Shown: positions 28,215 through 37,934, counted from the first letter of the stretch. The stretch is DNA of 64,000 bases from Candidatus Hydrogenedentota bacterium (GCA_045863335.1 BTVY01000006.1:64001-128000); one strand, 5' to 3'. Translations and numbers: made by a program. The notes: generated by a model from the letters alone, not told the origin.

Positions 28215-30197
28215 TTACTCAGCATGGAATGGTAGTGATGGGGCCTCGAGTTCGACCTCGATTTCTTCGTCCCCTTCGACAAGGACTTCGACGAGGGATA
28301 TCCCATCGTCCGTCGTTGCACCGTCGGGAAGATTTCGTTCGCGCATCCCGGTGAATTGGTTTGACCGTATCCGGTTACGTCGTCGGTCCACAATTCGCGA
28401 CTGACGTTGATCCGTGCCATGCGGGTCCAGCACGGCTTCCACTTGATACGTTCCCGGCGTAAGCCCGCTCACGACAAACGTCCCGTCGTCCGCCACGTCA
28501 ATCCGGTCGGGACGATGAACTGGATCTGCCGCGGGATCGGGCCACTGGAAATGGATCCACACATCCATGTCGTGTTCAAGTGCTTCGATCCCCTTCACGG
28601 TACCGCGGATCGTACCGCCCCGAGCTAAATCGAAGTCCTGCTGCAAGTACTCGTCTTCCGGCACCGTTACGGAGAAATAGCGTCGCACCGAATCGTAGCG
28701 CACCGAGAGATTCCCGTCGGAATCGCGAAACTCCCGAATCGTTTCAGGTACTGCCGCCTCCACGCTGACAAGGTATCGTCCCGCCGGCATTCCGTTTAGT
28801 TGATACCAGCCACCATCGTCGGTTTCCGTCCGAAGCACATACTGGTCGCCATCCACGTACGCCATCGCGACAATCGCCATTGCTGCAACATCCCCGAAGC
28901 GTACGAACCCCTCAATGAGGGCCGGCGTGAGCGTGAACCGGAAATCCTCGGTGGCTTCATCAGCCTCCCTCGAGGCAATCCGCTCCCGGATTGCGGTGCG
29001 CTGTGGCGCGTCATGGGGAATCGCCTGGACCTCGCCAGGGCGAAGTTGTGCCGTCAGTTGATAGGGCCCAAACGGAACGTGCGCAATGCGAAACGACCCG
29101 TCTAGATCCGTATCCATAGACACGTTAAACTCGTACAGATCGTTCGACAAGGCGACGTGGGCTCCGGCGATTGCTTCCCCATCCAATGTGACAGTCCCAG
29201 TTACCTCTACCCCGCGTTCCATGACCGCGCTGACAGGCACTTCCTCACCGGCATTGCCTTCCGGCACGGCGATTCGAACCGGCGCATAGTCCGAATGGTA
29301 AGCGAGCACGGAACCCGGCGGTCCGGCCAAATCATCGATACGGAAACTCCCGTCCCCGTCCGTTTCCACGGGGAGCGCATCAACCCGGACATTTCGATCC
29401 TCGGGGACGATTTGTACCCCCCCAATCGGCGCGCCTCCCGCATCCGTAATCCGGCCGGCAACGATGTACGCGCGTTGAAGCGCACACTCCAGAAATGCGT
29501 TGTTCGCCCGCAGTCCATTCTGAAATACCAATTTCTGCGAGGCAAACCCCTCCGCTTGAACGATCACCCCCCAGGCATCGCGAATACCTTCGACTTCGAA
29601 GGTCCCATCTTCGCTTTCCAGTTCCACAAACGAGCCACGCCACTTGGAAGCAAACCAGGAGGAATCCCCCAGGAAGCGCAGCTCGAATTTGGAAATCGGC
29701 GAACCAGTCTCTGCGGCGATAACCCTTCCACCCACTTGGCTCTGCCCGTCCAGCAGCACAACGATAGACTGCCCCCTCCCGGCCAGCGGCACCACGCCCC
29801 GGTTCGGCGGATACCGTTCGTGATTCACAGAAATCGCCACGTCACCGGATAGGGATGCGTCAAACTGAGAAATACCATCCTCATTCGTGGTGGATTCTTC
29901 ATTTCGACGGTTGCCGATTAACTCGACCCGCGCCCCCGCAATGGGTTTGCGGCCTGCGGACGACTCCTGCACCACCACAACCAGTCCACTCTCGGGTGTT
30001 TGGGGCAACGCTTCGGCTTCCTGCGGCGCCAGCATCCGGACCTCGCCGTCCAGATCGATAGCCAAAGGTTCGTTGGTCGCCATGCCTTGGCCGCAGCCCG
30101 CCAGCATCACGATCAACGTGAAAAGCAACCCACACGTCAGACTTGGCTTGAAATCGTTCATGCCGTTACGGCTATCGTGTTGACTCATCCCCGGCAT
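28215..30197 (-). CDS. Carboxypeptidase-regulatory-like repeat lipoprotein
   Basis: LAGC lipobox; repeated motifs such as GRITDAGGAPIGGV and TDGDGSFRI. The start could be at 30161. Confidence 0.75.
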   Translation of the reverse strand: MPGMSQHDSRNGMNDFKPSLTCGLLFTLIVMLAGCGQGMATNEPLAIDLDGEVRMLAPQEAEALPQTPESGLVVVVQESSAGRKPIAGARVELIGNRRNEESTTNEDGISQFDASLSGDVAISVNHERYPPNRGVVPLAGRGQSIVVLLDGQSQVGGRVIAAETGSPISKFELRFLGDSSWFASKWRGSFVELESEDGTFEVEGIRDAWGVIVQAEGFASQKLVFQNGLRANNAFLECALQRAYIVAGRITDAGGAPIGGVQIVPEDRNVRVDALPVETDGDGSFRIDDLAGPPGSVLAYHSDYAPVRIAVPEGNAGEEVPVSAVMERGVEVTGTVTLDGEAIAGAHVALSNDLYEFNVSMDTDLDGSFRIAHVPFGPYQLTAQLRPGEVQAIPHDAPQRTAIRERIASREADEATEDFRFTLTPALIEGFVRFGDVAAMAIVAMAYVDGDQYVLRTETDDGGWYQLNGMPAGRYLVSVEAAVPETIREFRDSDGNLSVRYDSVRRYFSVTVPEDEYLQQDFDLARGGTIRGTVKGIEALEHDMDVWIHFQWPDPAADPVHRPDRIDVADDGTFVVSGLTPGTYQVEAVLDPHGTDQRQSRIVDRRRNRIRSNQFTGMRERNLPDGATTDDGISLVEVLVEGDEEIEVELEAPSLPFHAE

Positions 30198-30241
30198 CCT
30201 CAGCCATTACCTCTCATCCGATGTGCGACGGACGCCCCTCC

Positions 30242-31132
30242 CTACAATCGCTCGTCAAACCAATCTGCCATGACGGCGACTTCTTCGTGAATCGTCGGCC
30301 ACGGATGCGCCCCGTCCGGTTTGACAATCAATTCCGCATCTCCCCCCTGCGCCTTCACGGCTTCCACGAAAACCTCGGACTGTTGCAAGGGCACCATCGG
30401 ATCGGCATCCCCGTGGATTAATAAGTAAGGAGGCAGTTCGCCCTCTCCGATACGGTGCAAGGGCGAGAGAGCCCGCGCCTGCCCTTCGATTTCCTCGTCG
30501 CTCCGGCCTTCGACACCGCCGGCGAATAGGAGTTGCCCGATGGCCCCCTCGAAGTTCGGTTTAGCGCCTCCCCAGTCCAGAAAATCCGTGGGCGGAAAAA
30601 ACACCGCAATCGCTTTGACCCGTGTGTCGTGCCTCTTCAATGAATCTTTCGCCTCGGTGTCCCCATCCTCAGCAGTCACCGAAGCCAGTAACGTCAAATG
30701 CCCGCCCGCAGACGCACCCATCATGCCAAGCCGCTCAGGGTCGACATTGTAGTCGTTCGATACCGACTTTACGTAGCGTATCGCGGTCTTGACATTCTCC
30801 AGCAATTCGTCGCCGGCATACTTCGAAACTGAACCGGGCCGCATGGCGAACACCGTGTAGCCTCGGCTGCAGAATGTCGTGTACACCTGGGCCAGCATGT
30901 GGTCGTGGAGCTTTCCTCGATCGGAATGCCACGCGCCGCTGACCAAGTCGATGAGTCCCAAGCCATTGGGCGAATCCTTAGGAACAAAAATGTCGCAAAT
31001 GAGACCGGTTCCGTGAATCTCCGAATAAACGATACTCTCTTGGTGCGTGTACGGCAGCGAGTCTTCCTGAGCGCGGACACCTTGCGCCACGAATCCCAGA
31101 AGAATGGCCAATGAAGCAATGGAACGAATCAT
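30242..31132 (-). CDS. Secreted alpha/beta hydrolase (esterase/lipase)
   Basis: GASAGG nucleophile motif, LIHGDAD, GAHPW. Confidence 0.9.
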   Translation of the reverse strand: MIRSIASLAILLGFVAQGVRAQEDSLPYTHQESIVYSEIHGTGLICDIFVPKDSPNGLGLIDLVSGAWHSDRGKLHDHMLAQVYTTFCSRGYTVFAMRPGSVSKYAGDELLENVKTAIRYVKSVSNDYNVDPERLGMMGASAGGHLTLLASVTAEDGDTEAKDSLKRHDTRVKAIAVFFPPTDFLDWGGAKPNFEGAIGQLLFAGGVEGRSDEEIEGQARALSPLHRIGEGELPPYLLIHGDADPMVPLQQSEVFVEAVKAQGGDAELIVKPDGAHPWPTIHEEVAVMADWFDERL

Positions 31133-31250
31133 GAAACCCCTCCGCCTAAAGGTGTAACGGATGCAAACGCAGCAGTTTACAGAACGTTATTCAGCAATCT
31201 GAACCGATATCGAGTCTCGGCCGTATTCTTTCATACCCCTAATTGATCCG

Positions 31251-32555
31251 TCAACGCGCCGTTTCCAAGTCAGCGGGAAACCGGTCGCCGTAGCGTAGCG
31301 GCTCGCCCTCGGCCCAAGGCCGATATTCGTTGCAGAACGCCACGCGATCAGCAATCGGCGGGTGGCTGGCTCGCAGGACCGTCATCAGCCACCCCGGATC
31401 AGGATAGCCAAGATTCTCCGTGCTGAGCTTCACAAAGGCTTCGGCCGCCGCCTGGTTGTCCCGCGTGAGTTCGAGTGCAAACCGATCAGATTCCCGTTCG
31501 ATGTGACGGGAGTAGGCCAGCCCCACGGGTTCCAATACCAGCATGGCCACGTTGAGCGCGATCAACATCAATGGTACCGAGGCAACATCGGAGATTTGGT
31601 CAAACCCAAACCGGGCCGAGAAGCGCCGGAGGAGGCTCCACGCGATCCGGTGGGCAAAGTAAAGACCCACGAGTATCAACGCCGAGAAGAAGAAAATCCC
31701 TTGCACCACGTGTCCCAGGACGTAATGCCCCATCTCGTGTGCCATAACAAACAGCAACTCGTCGGTGGCGAGCTTAGCAATGATCGTGTCCCACAGCACA
31801 ATACGCTTCGTATCGTGGAAACCGGTCACGTATGCGTTGATGGCTTTCGTATCGACGCTCTTTTCCACCTCGTACACGCGGCTGCCCTCGATCCCGGCCG
31901 ACTCTGCCAGCGCGAGAATCCGTCGCTCAAGAGCCTTGTCTTTCATGGGCCCGAAATCGTTGTACAAGGGATCGATCCAGACCGGCATGACAAACATCAT
32001 CAGCGTAAGGAACGGAACCATCAAAAGCCCGGTGTACAACCACCACCGGCGCGGCGATTTTGACAGCAGCAGGTAAGGAATCCAGAGAAAGAGAAACCCG
32101 AAGGCGGCAAGAACGCCCCGGCTAATCAGGGAATCCAGGAGCCATTTCTGGAAGGTTTGGTTCGACATTCCGTAGGCGTGCTGCCGCACATAGCCCAGGT
32201 AGAACGAAAGCGGCCAGTTCACTACATACAACACCACGATGAAGAACACCCAATATAGCCCGATCGTGAAAAACCACTTCCGGCCGAGTCGTTGCGCCCG
32301 GGCGCGAATCACCGCGGATAGGCCTGTAAACAGAATGATTGCGGGCAACACAAGTTCCCAAACTTTGTTGAACCCCCACCACGCAACTCCGGTTCGGTAG
32401 TATCGAACGGCCTCCTCTGTGGGCGGGGGCACGGCGACCGGCCCCTCCGCGACGGTCCCGCTGTTCTGGATGCCGTCTTCTTCCAAGGGCGATTCTGCGG
32501 ACAGTGCACTGCCGAATGTGACAATAACGAGCAGGATCGCAAACATTGTTCGCAT
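31251..32555 (-). CDS. M48 family (Ste24/HtpX-like) metalloprotease
   Basis: NAYVTG, HEMGH, ERESDRFA, SHPP. Confidence 0.92.
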   Translation of the reverse strand: MRTMFAILLVIVTFGSALSAESPLEEDGIQNSGTVAEGPVAVPPPTEEAVRYYRTGVAWWGFNKVWELVLPAIILFTGLSAVIRARAQRLGRKWFFTIGLYWVFFIVVLYVVNWPLSFYLGYVRQHAYGMSNQTFQKWLLDSLISRGVLAAFGFLFLWIPYLLLSKSPRRWWLYTGLLMVPFLTLMMFVMPVWIDPLYNDFGPMKDKALERRILALAESAGIEGSRVYEVEKSVDTKAINAYVTGFHDTKRIVLWDTIIAKLATDELLFVMAHEMGHYVLGHVVQGIFFFSALILVGLYFAHRIAWSLLRRFSARFGFDQISDVASVPLMLIALNVAMLVLEPVGLAYSRHIERESDRFALELTRDNQAAAEAFVKLSTENLGYPDPGWLMTVLRASHPPIADRVAFCNEYRPWAEGEPLRYGDRFPADLETAR

Positions 32556-32714
32556 GGGAATACGACCTTTCCGCAGAAAGCTCCAGAATATCCGGGGTTC
32601 CTCCCGTGGCGACGCTACCTTACCGGATTGCCACCCATCGGTAAAGCACTCGTGGGTGCGGTCACGCCTCGGATATGCGATAATAGCACCGAAGGAGGCG
32701 TACCGAGACCGTTC

Positions 32715-33548
32715 ATGGCACAGCGCGAAGAAATACCCCATCTCATCCAGTTGCTGGACGACGATTCGGAGGTCGTGCGCGAGCAAGTATTGCGCGAGTT
32801 GCTCGCGTTCGGCCCGGATTTGGACGCAGTGCTGCGGGAACTTGACGACCAGCTCACGCCCGCGCAACGCCATCTGATCACCCGCCTCGTATCCGGACAA
32901 TTGGTGGAAAGGTCCCGCCGGGACGCCTGGCGCGTCTGGCCGTCGCTACCCACACGACGCGAACAATTGGAACGAGCCTTCGATCTGCTCGCGCAATTTC
33001 AATTCGGCTGGTCGCCGCCAGTGCATGTTACGGAGTTGCTCGACAATCTGGCCAAGGAATTCAAGGCCAGCGGGCGCACGCGCGACGCCATTTCGCTGAA
33101 CCGGTTTCTCTTCACTTCCAAGCGGCTCCGCGGCGCCACTGACGACTACTACGACCCGCGAAACAGCAATATGGTGTACGTGCTTCAGGAAGGAAAGGGG
33201 CTGCCCATCAGCCTCGTGTGCGCCTTCATGCTGGTGGGCGATCGCGTGGGGCTTCGCATCGAAGGCTGCGCCGTGCCCGGACACTACCTCGCCCGCGCGA
33301 CCGTAGCCGGAAATGATACCTACTTCGACTGCTACAGCGACGGCCGCATCTTGACCGATCGTGAGGTGGACAAGGTCCGGCGTCGACTGGCGCCCAATCT
33401 CACCCATCTGCTTACTGAAATCCCCACGGCGCAGGATATCATCCGCCGCGTGCTCCGAAACCTGATCAATGCCTACGAGATCGAGGACGAACACGACAAA
33501 AGCGCCGTCATGGCGGAACTCCTCGACGAAGTCCGCCCGCGGGATTAG
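32715..33548 (+). CDS. SirB1/transglutaminase-like family protein
   Basis: AAGGAGG RBS; DYYDPRNS, GLPISL, PGHYL, RRVLRNL. Confidence 0.85.
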   Translation: MAQREEIPHLIQLLDDDSEVVREQVLRELLAFGPDLDAVLRELDDQLTPAQRHLITRLVSGQLVERSRRDAWRVWPSLPTRREQLERAFDLLAQFQFGWSPPVHVTELLDNLAKEFKASGRTRDAISLNRFLFTSKRLRGATDDYYDPRNSNMVYVLQEGKGLPISLVCAFMLVGDRVGLRIEGCAVPGHYLARATVAGNDTYFDCYSDGRILTDREVDKVRRRLAPNLTHLLTEIPTAQDIIRRVLRNLINAYEIEDEHDKSAVMAELLDEVRPRD

Positions 33549-33555
33549 GCAGACG

Positions 33556-34809
33556 CTACACGAGACGGTGCAACACTGCACCCGATGGCAACTTGGGGAA
33601 GAAATAGGTCGCCTTCTGCGGCATCGATTCGCGGGCGTCGGCGCATGCGCACACCTGGCTCGGGTGCATGTTCCGCAAGATAAACGCCATGCCTTTCTTT
33701 CCATTCAGCACCGCGCTCACCGCCGCGTTCACGTCCTTTTCGTAGACGAATTCCGAATCGGTGTGCAGGTCCAGCACCCGTTCTAAAATGCCTCCGTGCA
33801 ACACCGCCACATCCAAGTCGCGCCAGGCGGAGCCGTGCGCGTCGCCCAACAAATCCACCCGGTCAATGTCGCGTAGTCGCAGCAGATACTGGGAACCGCT
33901 CCGCAACACAACACCAATGGCGCAATCCGGCTCGGTCTGGACTTGGCGTGGAAGATGGTCGCTCACCTTCTCGACAGCGAACCAGGGCTCCAGCCCTTTC
34001 AGAAAAGCGGCCTCGTCAAACCCTTCAGGCTCATCCAAAACCCGGTGCGCGGGATAGACAAAAAGCCCGGGGTCGTCGAGTGACACAAAGCCCATAAGCA
34101 CATAGTCGTAGGGACGCAGGCCCTCCGGTTTCTCCTGCAGCCGCATCTGGTCTCGATACGTGTGGGCGGTGCGATACCGGTGATGGCCGTCCGCGATGTA
34201 GAGCTTCTTGTCCGTGAAAAACGCCGTAACGGCCGGGTCGGCGGGAACACGCCACACGCGCTGTTGGACGCCGTCAATCGTCTGCGCAGCCAAATCCTCG
34301 GGCCGCGAGTCTATCTGCGCCAGGAACTGACCTAACGCGTGCTGAGGATCGTCGTACAAGACGAATACGGCGCCCAGATTGGCCTTCGTCGCGCCCGTCA
34401 GGGCCAACCGATCCGTCACCTTCCACTCAAAAGTCCGCTCGTGGCCGAGCACGGTCTCGTCGCCTGGCTCGGGGATCTTCGTGACCGCAAAGAACCCGCG
34501 CCGTACGCATTCCGTCCCATCGAGGCTCGTGAAGCGCTGCTCGAGGAGGTAGAAGGAGTCCTCCTCGTCCTGCTGCATTACGCCCGCGGCGATCCAGGTT
34601 TCCAGGTCGGACGCCGACGCCTCGTATTTAGACATGCCCTCCCGCTCGTCGGGCAGGATCAGACGCGCGTAGTTATGCGGACTGCGCCCGTAAAGCTCCG
34701 TCCGCTCCTCCGGCGTGATGACGTCGAAAGGCGGTGTTACGACGTTCGAGTAGTCGCCCACCTGGTCTCTGTTGTATCGAAAACCGCGGAATCCGCGTAC
34801 ATCTGCCAT
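33556..34809 (-). CDS. DUF1015 family protein
   Basis: TPPFDVI, HERT, LYIADGHHRY, MPQKATYFFPKL. Confidence 0.92.
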   Translation of the reverse strand: MADVRGFRGFRYNRDQVGDYSNVVTPPFDVITPEERTELYGRSPHNYARLILPDEREGMSKYEASASDLETWIAAGVMQQDEEDSFYLLEQRFTSLDGTECVRRGFFAVTKIPEPGDETVLGHERTFEWKVTDRLALTGATKANLGAVFVLYDDPQHALGQFLAQIDSRPEDLAAQTIDGVQQRVWRVPADPAVTAFFTDKKLYIADGHHRYRTAHTYRDQMRLQEKPEGLRPYDYVLMGFVSLDDPGLFVYPAHRVLDEPEGFDEAAFLKGLEPWFAVEKVSDHLPRQVQTEPDCAIGVVLRSGSQYLLRLRDIDRVDLLGDAHGSAWRDLDVAVLHGGILERVLDLHTDSEFVYEKDVNAAVSAVLNGKKGMAFILRNMHPSQVCACADARESMPQKATYFFPKLPSGAVLHRLV

Positions 34810-35096
34810 GCGTATCAAATGTCTCCGTAGGTTGGATTTCGAGAGAAACGAGTAGGAAGACCGCATTGTAAGTGGCGAGTCCAAATGATTCAAGGTTTGA
34901 CAACAAAATCCGTGCTCAAATCCGCGAAGATCTGTTTCCTTCCATGAGATTCGTGACTTTCCGCGTACTCATATTGCCGTCCCAAGTGCATCTTTTTGGA
35001 TACTTTAGGGCATTTACCCAGTGGGCCTCGCATTTGTGCAGCGCCCAGAGACGCCCGGTTTGTGAAGTGGTTATCAGGTTGCATACAATTCGGCAT

Positions 35097-37406
35097 ATGA
35101 CGGTTTTCAAGGCTTGGGCATCGTGGGCGCTCGGGATCTGTGTCGCCCTCGCGTGGGGGGTAAGCATCGCCCATGCACAAACTTATCCACCGCTGACGGT
35201 CGAGATCGGTCCCTACCATCCCCTGTTTCTTTTCCAGGCGCCGGATAGCGCCTCTGGCGACACGGAGGCCTATGCCCAGCAGATCGCAAGCGCGTGGGCC
35301 ACGTTGCCCAATGACCTGCGGCCGTATTCGGTTATGGCAGTGAACGTTTCCGGTCCGGATGCGGAAACCCGCCACCTTCGGTACACGAATCTCCTCAAGT
35401 CCCTTCAATCCTCCGAGATACCGGTCGCGATCCAGGTCGCCGATGAAAATCCTCGCAATATCTACCCCCTGGCGCAGGCCGAAGAATTGATTGCCCAGTT
35501 TACTGCGATCAAAGGAATTCAGGTTTCCAATCTCGCCTTTGACGATTACTCCACATTCGGCGGCGGTGACGACGTCGGTCTGCCCGCCAATGTCCGCTGG
35601 CTCAGCAGTGCGACCGATCTCGCCGCGCGCTACGGCCGCTTTATCGCCATCCGGCTGGACGGCACCGGCTGGCTGCACGTGTTGGCGAACGCGCAGTGCC
35701 GCCCCCTGCTGAACACCTTCCGCAATTGCAGCGCCTATGTCGTGCCGCTCGCCGGGCACGGCGCGGGCGCGACTATCGCGCAGCAAGGCGCGCTCATGGG
35801 ACTGTGGCTGGAAGGCGCGGTGGCGCAGTGGGGCGTTGCCCCGGACTCGGCTTGGTATGCGAATGCCGGATTGCTTGAGCCGGGCGTTTTCGGCGCCGCC
35901 TCGGACGGTCAGGGGATGCCTCCCTTATTGTATCGGGCCATGGTGCTGAACGGCACGATGGGCGGCGCCTGCGTGTACGCATTTCCCGAGGCCCGCGATC
36001 TTTGGGCCGGCGAACGCGTTCGGTATTGGGCCGAAGCCATCAAACCGATCCTATCACAGGTCATCCAGGGCGGCCTCATCGCCGACAAAGAATTCGTCGC
36101 GAAAAAAGCACGGGTCGCATACCAGATGGGCGTGTCGCGCACCCCTCAAGAATTCCAGCTCAACCTGCGCGACCTGGATGGCGTTCGCGACGAAGGCTTG
36201 ATGATCAAAGGCGCCTACGGCATGGAACGGCCGGGACAAATCGAGGAGCTGATCCCAAACTCGGGCCGCCACTACTGGGTGCCGATTATGTCGCCCTACG
36301 CGCCGCCCGAAGTGATGGGCGCCTTGGACCGCGTCGTCAAACCGGCCAGCATGCCTTCCGCGCAGAGTTGGACGGAACTGCTGGATCAGCATCTCGGCCC
36401 GGATGGTTCAGGTTCCGCCTTCATCGTGCGTGTGGGCCGGGGCGTCTTCGTCATGCATACGCGTGAAAGCCGCTACGAGGAACAGACGTTTCTTATCCCA
36501 TCGTTGCCCGCGCCCGTACGCGGTGTTCTCGCAAAGCGTAATGAATCGACCGTCACGCTCGAATGGCCTTTTCGCGAAGGCGACGTGTCCTACACGGTTT
36601 TCAAACGCATGTATCCGACGGGAGAGTTTGCTGAGGTCGCGAAAAACATCGACGAACGAAGCTGGACCGATCCCATCGCTGACCCCGCGCAGTCCGTTGC
36701 CTATGCGGTAACGGCGTTGACCAATGAGAAAGAGCCCTACGAAGGTACGGTCAACTTCGGCGACTACCTCGCGTTCAGCTTCGTCGAAAGCCGTATCGAC
36801 GAGGAAATTGTGCTGACCGACCTCGTCGCCCAGTCGCAGAGCCGCCCCCTGGAAGGCCCCCTCGAAATTCTGCCCAAGACGCAGGACTGGTGGCCCTCCT
36901 ACGATGGCGTGCCCGACGAACAGCGCGCCACCGCCGAGGCCATCGTGGCCCGCATCGAGCAATGGAACGAGGCCTTCGCGGCGGAAAACCTGGACGGCGT
37001 GATGGACCTCTACGGCACCGAATACCGCGATCCCCAATGGTGGCAGTTCCAATACGTCAAACGGGCTTACCAATGGTTCTTCGAACGTTACGGCGCCTGC
37101 AAAATGACCCGGCAACTTCGCCAATGGGATTTCACTGAGTTCGAGGCTAAAGGCGAGGTGCGCGCGCTCCTCTACTGCCGCTTCTCCGGATCCGCCATCA
37201 GCGATCCCACCGGCCGCTTCGCCGGCCAGACCGCCTGGTTCCCCCGAACCGAAACCGGGGAAATCTGGCTCACCTTCGCCAATCGCGAAGGCGAATGGCG
37301 CATCGAACGCAGCGATCCTGCCCTCCCCAACTTCGCCGACATCCTCAGCTTCTCCGCCGGCCCCTACGACTCGTTCCCCCCCGGCCCCGATATCTTCGGC
37401 CGGTAA
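35097..37406 (+). CDS. Secreted GH98-like module + FN3-like + C-terminal SnoaL/NTF2-like domain
   Basis: Signal peptide; WATLPNDLRPY, LAARYGRFI, GLWLEG..QWGVAPD.AWY, GGACVYAF resemble GH98 (from memory); FN3-like VTLEW...YAVTA; NTF2-like WNEAFAAENLDGVMDLY...WRI. Confidence 0.6.
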   Translation: MTVFKAWASWALGICVALAWGVSIAHAQTYPPLTVEIGPYHPLFLFQAPDSASGDTEAYAQQIASAWATLPNDLRPYSVMAVNVSGPDAETRHLRYTNLLKSLQSSEIPVAIQVADENPRNIYPLAQAEELIAQFTAIKGIQVSNLAFDDYSTFGGGDDVGLPANVRWLSSATDLAARYGRFIAIRLDGTGWLHVLANAQCRPLLNTFRNCSAYVVPLAGHGAGATIAQQGALMGLWLEGAVAQWGVAPDSAWYANAGLLEPGVFGAASDGQGMPPLLYRAMVLNGTMGGACVYAFPEARDLWAGERVRYWAEAIKPILSQVIQGGLIADKEFVAKKARVAYQMGVSRTPQEFQLNLRDLDGVRDEGLMIKGAYGMERPGQIEELIPNSGRHYWVPIMSPYAPPEVMGALDRVVKPASMPSAQSWTELLDQHLGPDGSGSAFIVRVGRGVFVMHTRESRYEEQTFLIPSLPAPVRGVLAKRNESTVTLEWPFREGDVSYTVFKRMYPTGEFAEVAKNIDERSWTDPIADPAQSVAYAVTALTNEKEPYEGTVNFGDYLAFSFVESRIDEEIVLTDLVAQSQSRPLEGPLEILPKTQDWWPSYDGVPDEQRATAEAIVARIEQWNEAFAAENLDGVMDLYGTEYRDPQWWQFQYVKRAYQWFFERYGACKMTRQLRQWDFTEFEAKGEVRALLYCRFSGSAISDPTGRFAGQTAWFPRTETGEIWLTFANREGEWRIERSDPALPNFADILSFSAGPYDSFPPGPDIFGR

Positions 37407-37410
37407 GAGT

Positions 37411-37433
37411 TGCAGGCTGGAAGCCTGCACCAC
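37411..37433 (-). repeat. GTGG-type REP
   Basis: Minus strand reads GTGG followed by TGCAGGC-ttcca-GCCTGCA. Confidence 0.7.
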
Positions 37434-37499
37434 AATGCTTCGCCTGTCCAGATTTTGAGGTAGGCGCGCGGCTCTTGAGCGGATCGGCTCTATACCGCC

Positions 37500-37539
37500 G
37501 GAAATGGAGGGAGCGGCGGGCCTTGGGAACCCGCCGCTC
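37500..37539 (-). terminator. Probable terminator hairpin of the ncRNA
   Basis: 10-bp GC stem gagcggcggg / cccgccgctc (37511-37539); only a weak U-tract follows. Confidence 0.55.
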
Positions 37540-37548
37540 AGTGCGGGG

Positions 37549-37743
37549 AGTGCCTGAAACCGTGTTCCGTGTATCTTGGCGCAAGAGGGTCACGGTCTTG
37601 AGCTACTACTCTGAAACCATTGGGCTGCGGTCGTTGGCCTCAGTCCGCTCAGTACGTCGTGTGGACCCTATATGGTCTGGGCTGCGGAATGACTTCACGG
37701 TGCGATGAAGTCTGACCGGATCCACACATTAGTTCCAGACACT
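37549..37743 (-). ncRNA. Candidate novel structured ncRNA (four-way junction, duplicated CCGCAGCCCA loops)
   Basis: Own promoter; the predicted +1 coincides with the first base of a 13-bp stem pairing the 5' and 3' ends; three internal arms; multiple G-U pairs that work only on the minus strand; downstream hairpin; no credible CDS. Confidence 0.75.
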
Positions 37744-37749
37744 GAGGCG

Positions 37750-37778
37750 AGTTTACCACAACATATAGGGGCTGTCAA
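37750..37778 (-). promoter_or_regulatory. sigma70-type promoter of the ncRNA
   Basis: TTGACA (37778-37773), 17-bp spacer, TAAACT (37755-37750). Confidence 0.85.
37756..37771. promoter_or_regulatory. NrdR-box-like operator 1 (fills the promoter spacer)
   Basis: ccaCaAcATaTaGggg versus consensus acaCwAtATaTwGtgt; all core positions match. Confidence 0.7.
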
Positions 37779-37851
37779 TACCCCTCGTCGGTTTTCTCAA
37801 AGAATTTTTCTCGCGAGAATGAGCCGTAAAATGTGCTCCGAAGCGCTATTG

Positions 37852-37867
37852 ACACTACAAGTTGGAT
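37852..37867. promoter_or_regulatory. NrdR-box-like operator 2
   Basis: acaCtAcAagTtGgat; one core mismatch. Confidence 0.5.
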
Positions 37868-37918
37868 ATTTTGACTGACGCTTCGCCCTTGTAGGTCATT
37901 ACCCCGGATTCGCCACCC

Positions 37919-37934
37919 AGCCTATATATAGTGG
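37919..37934. promoter_or_regulatory. NrdR-box-like operator 3
   Basis: agcCtAtATaTaGtgg; perfect core match. Confidence 0.7.

Noticed and set aside
37649-37729. 26-codon ORF (MCGSGQ...TTY) inside the candidate ncRNA
   Set aside because: No SD, starts 14 nt after the predicted +1, and runs into stable stems; RNA structure explains the region better. Not excluded without Ribo-seq.
37849-37880. Plus-strand promoter at TTGACA (37849)
   Set aside because: No acceptable -10 hexamer at 16-18 bp.
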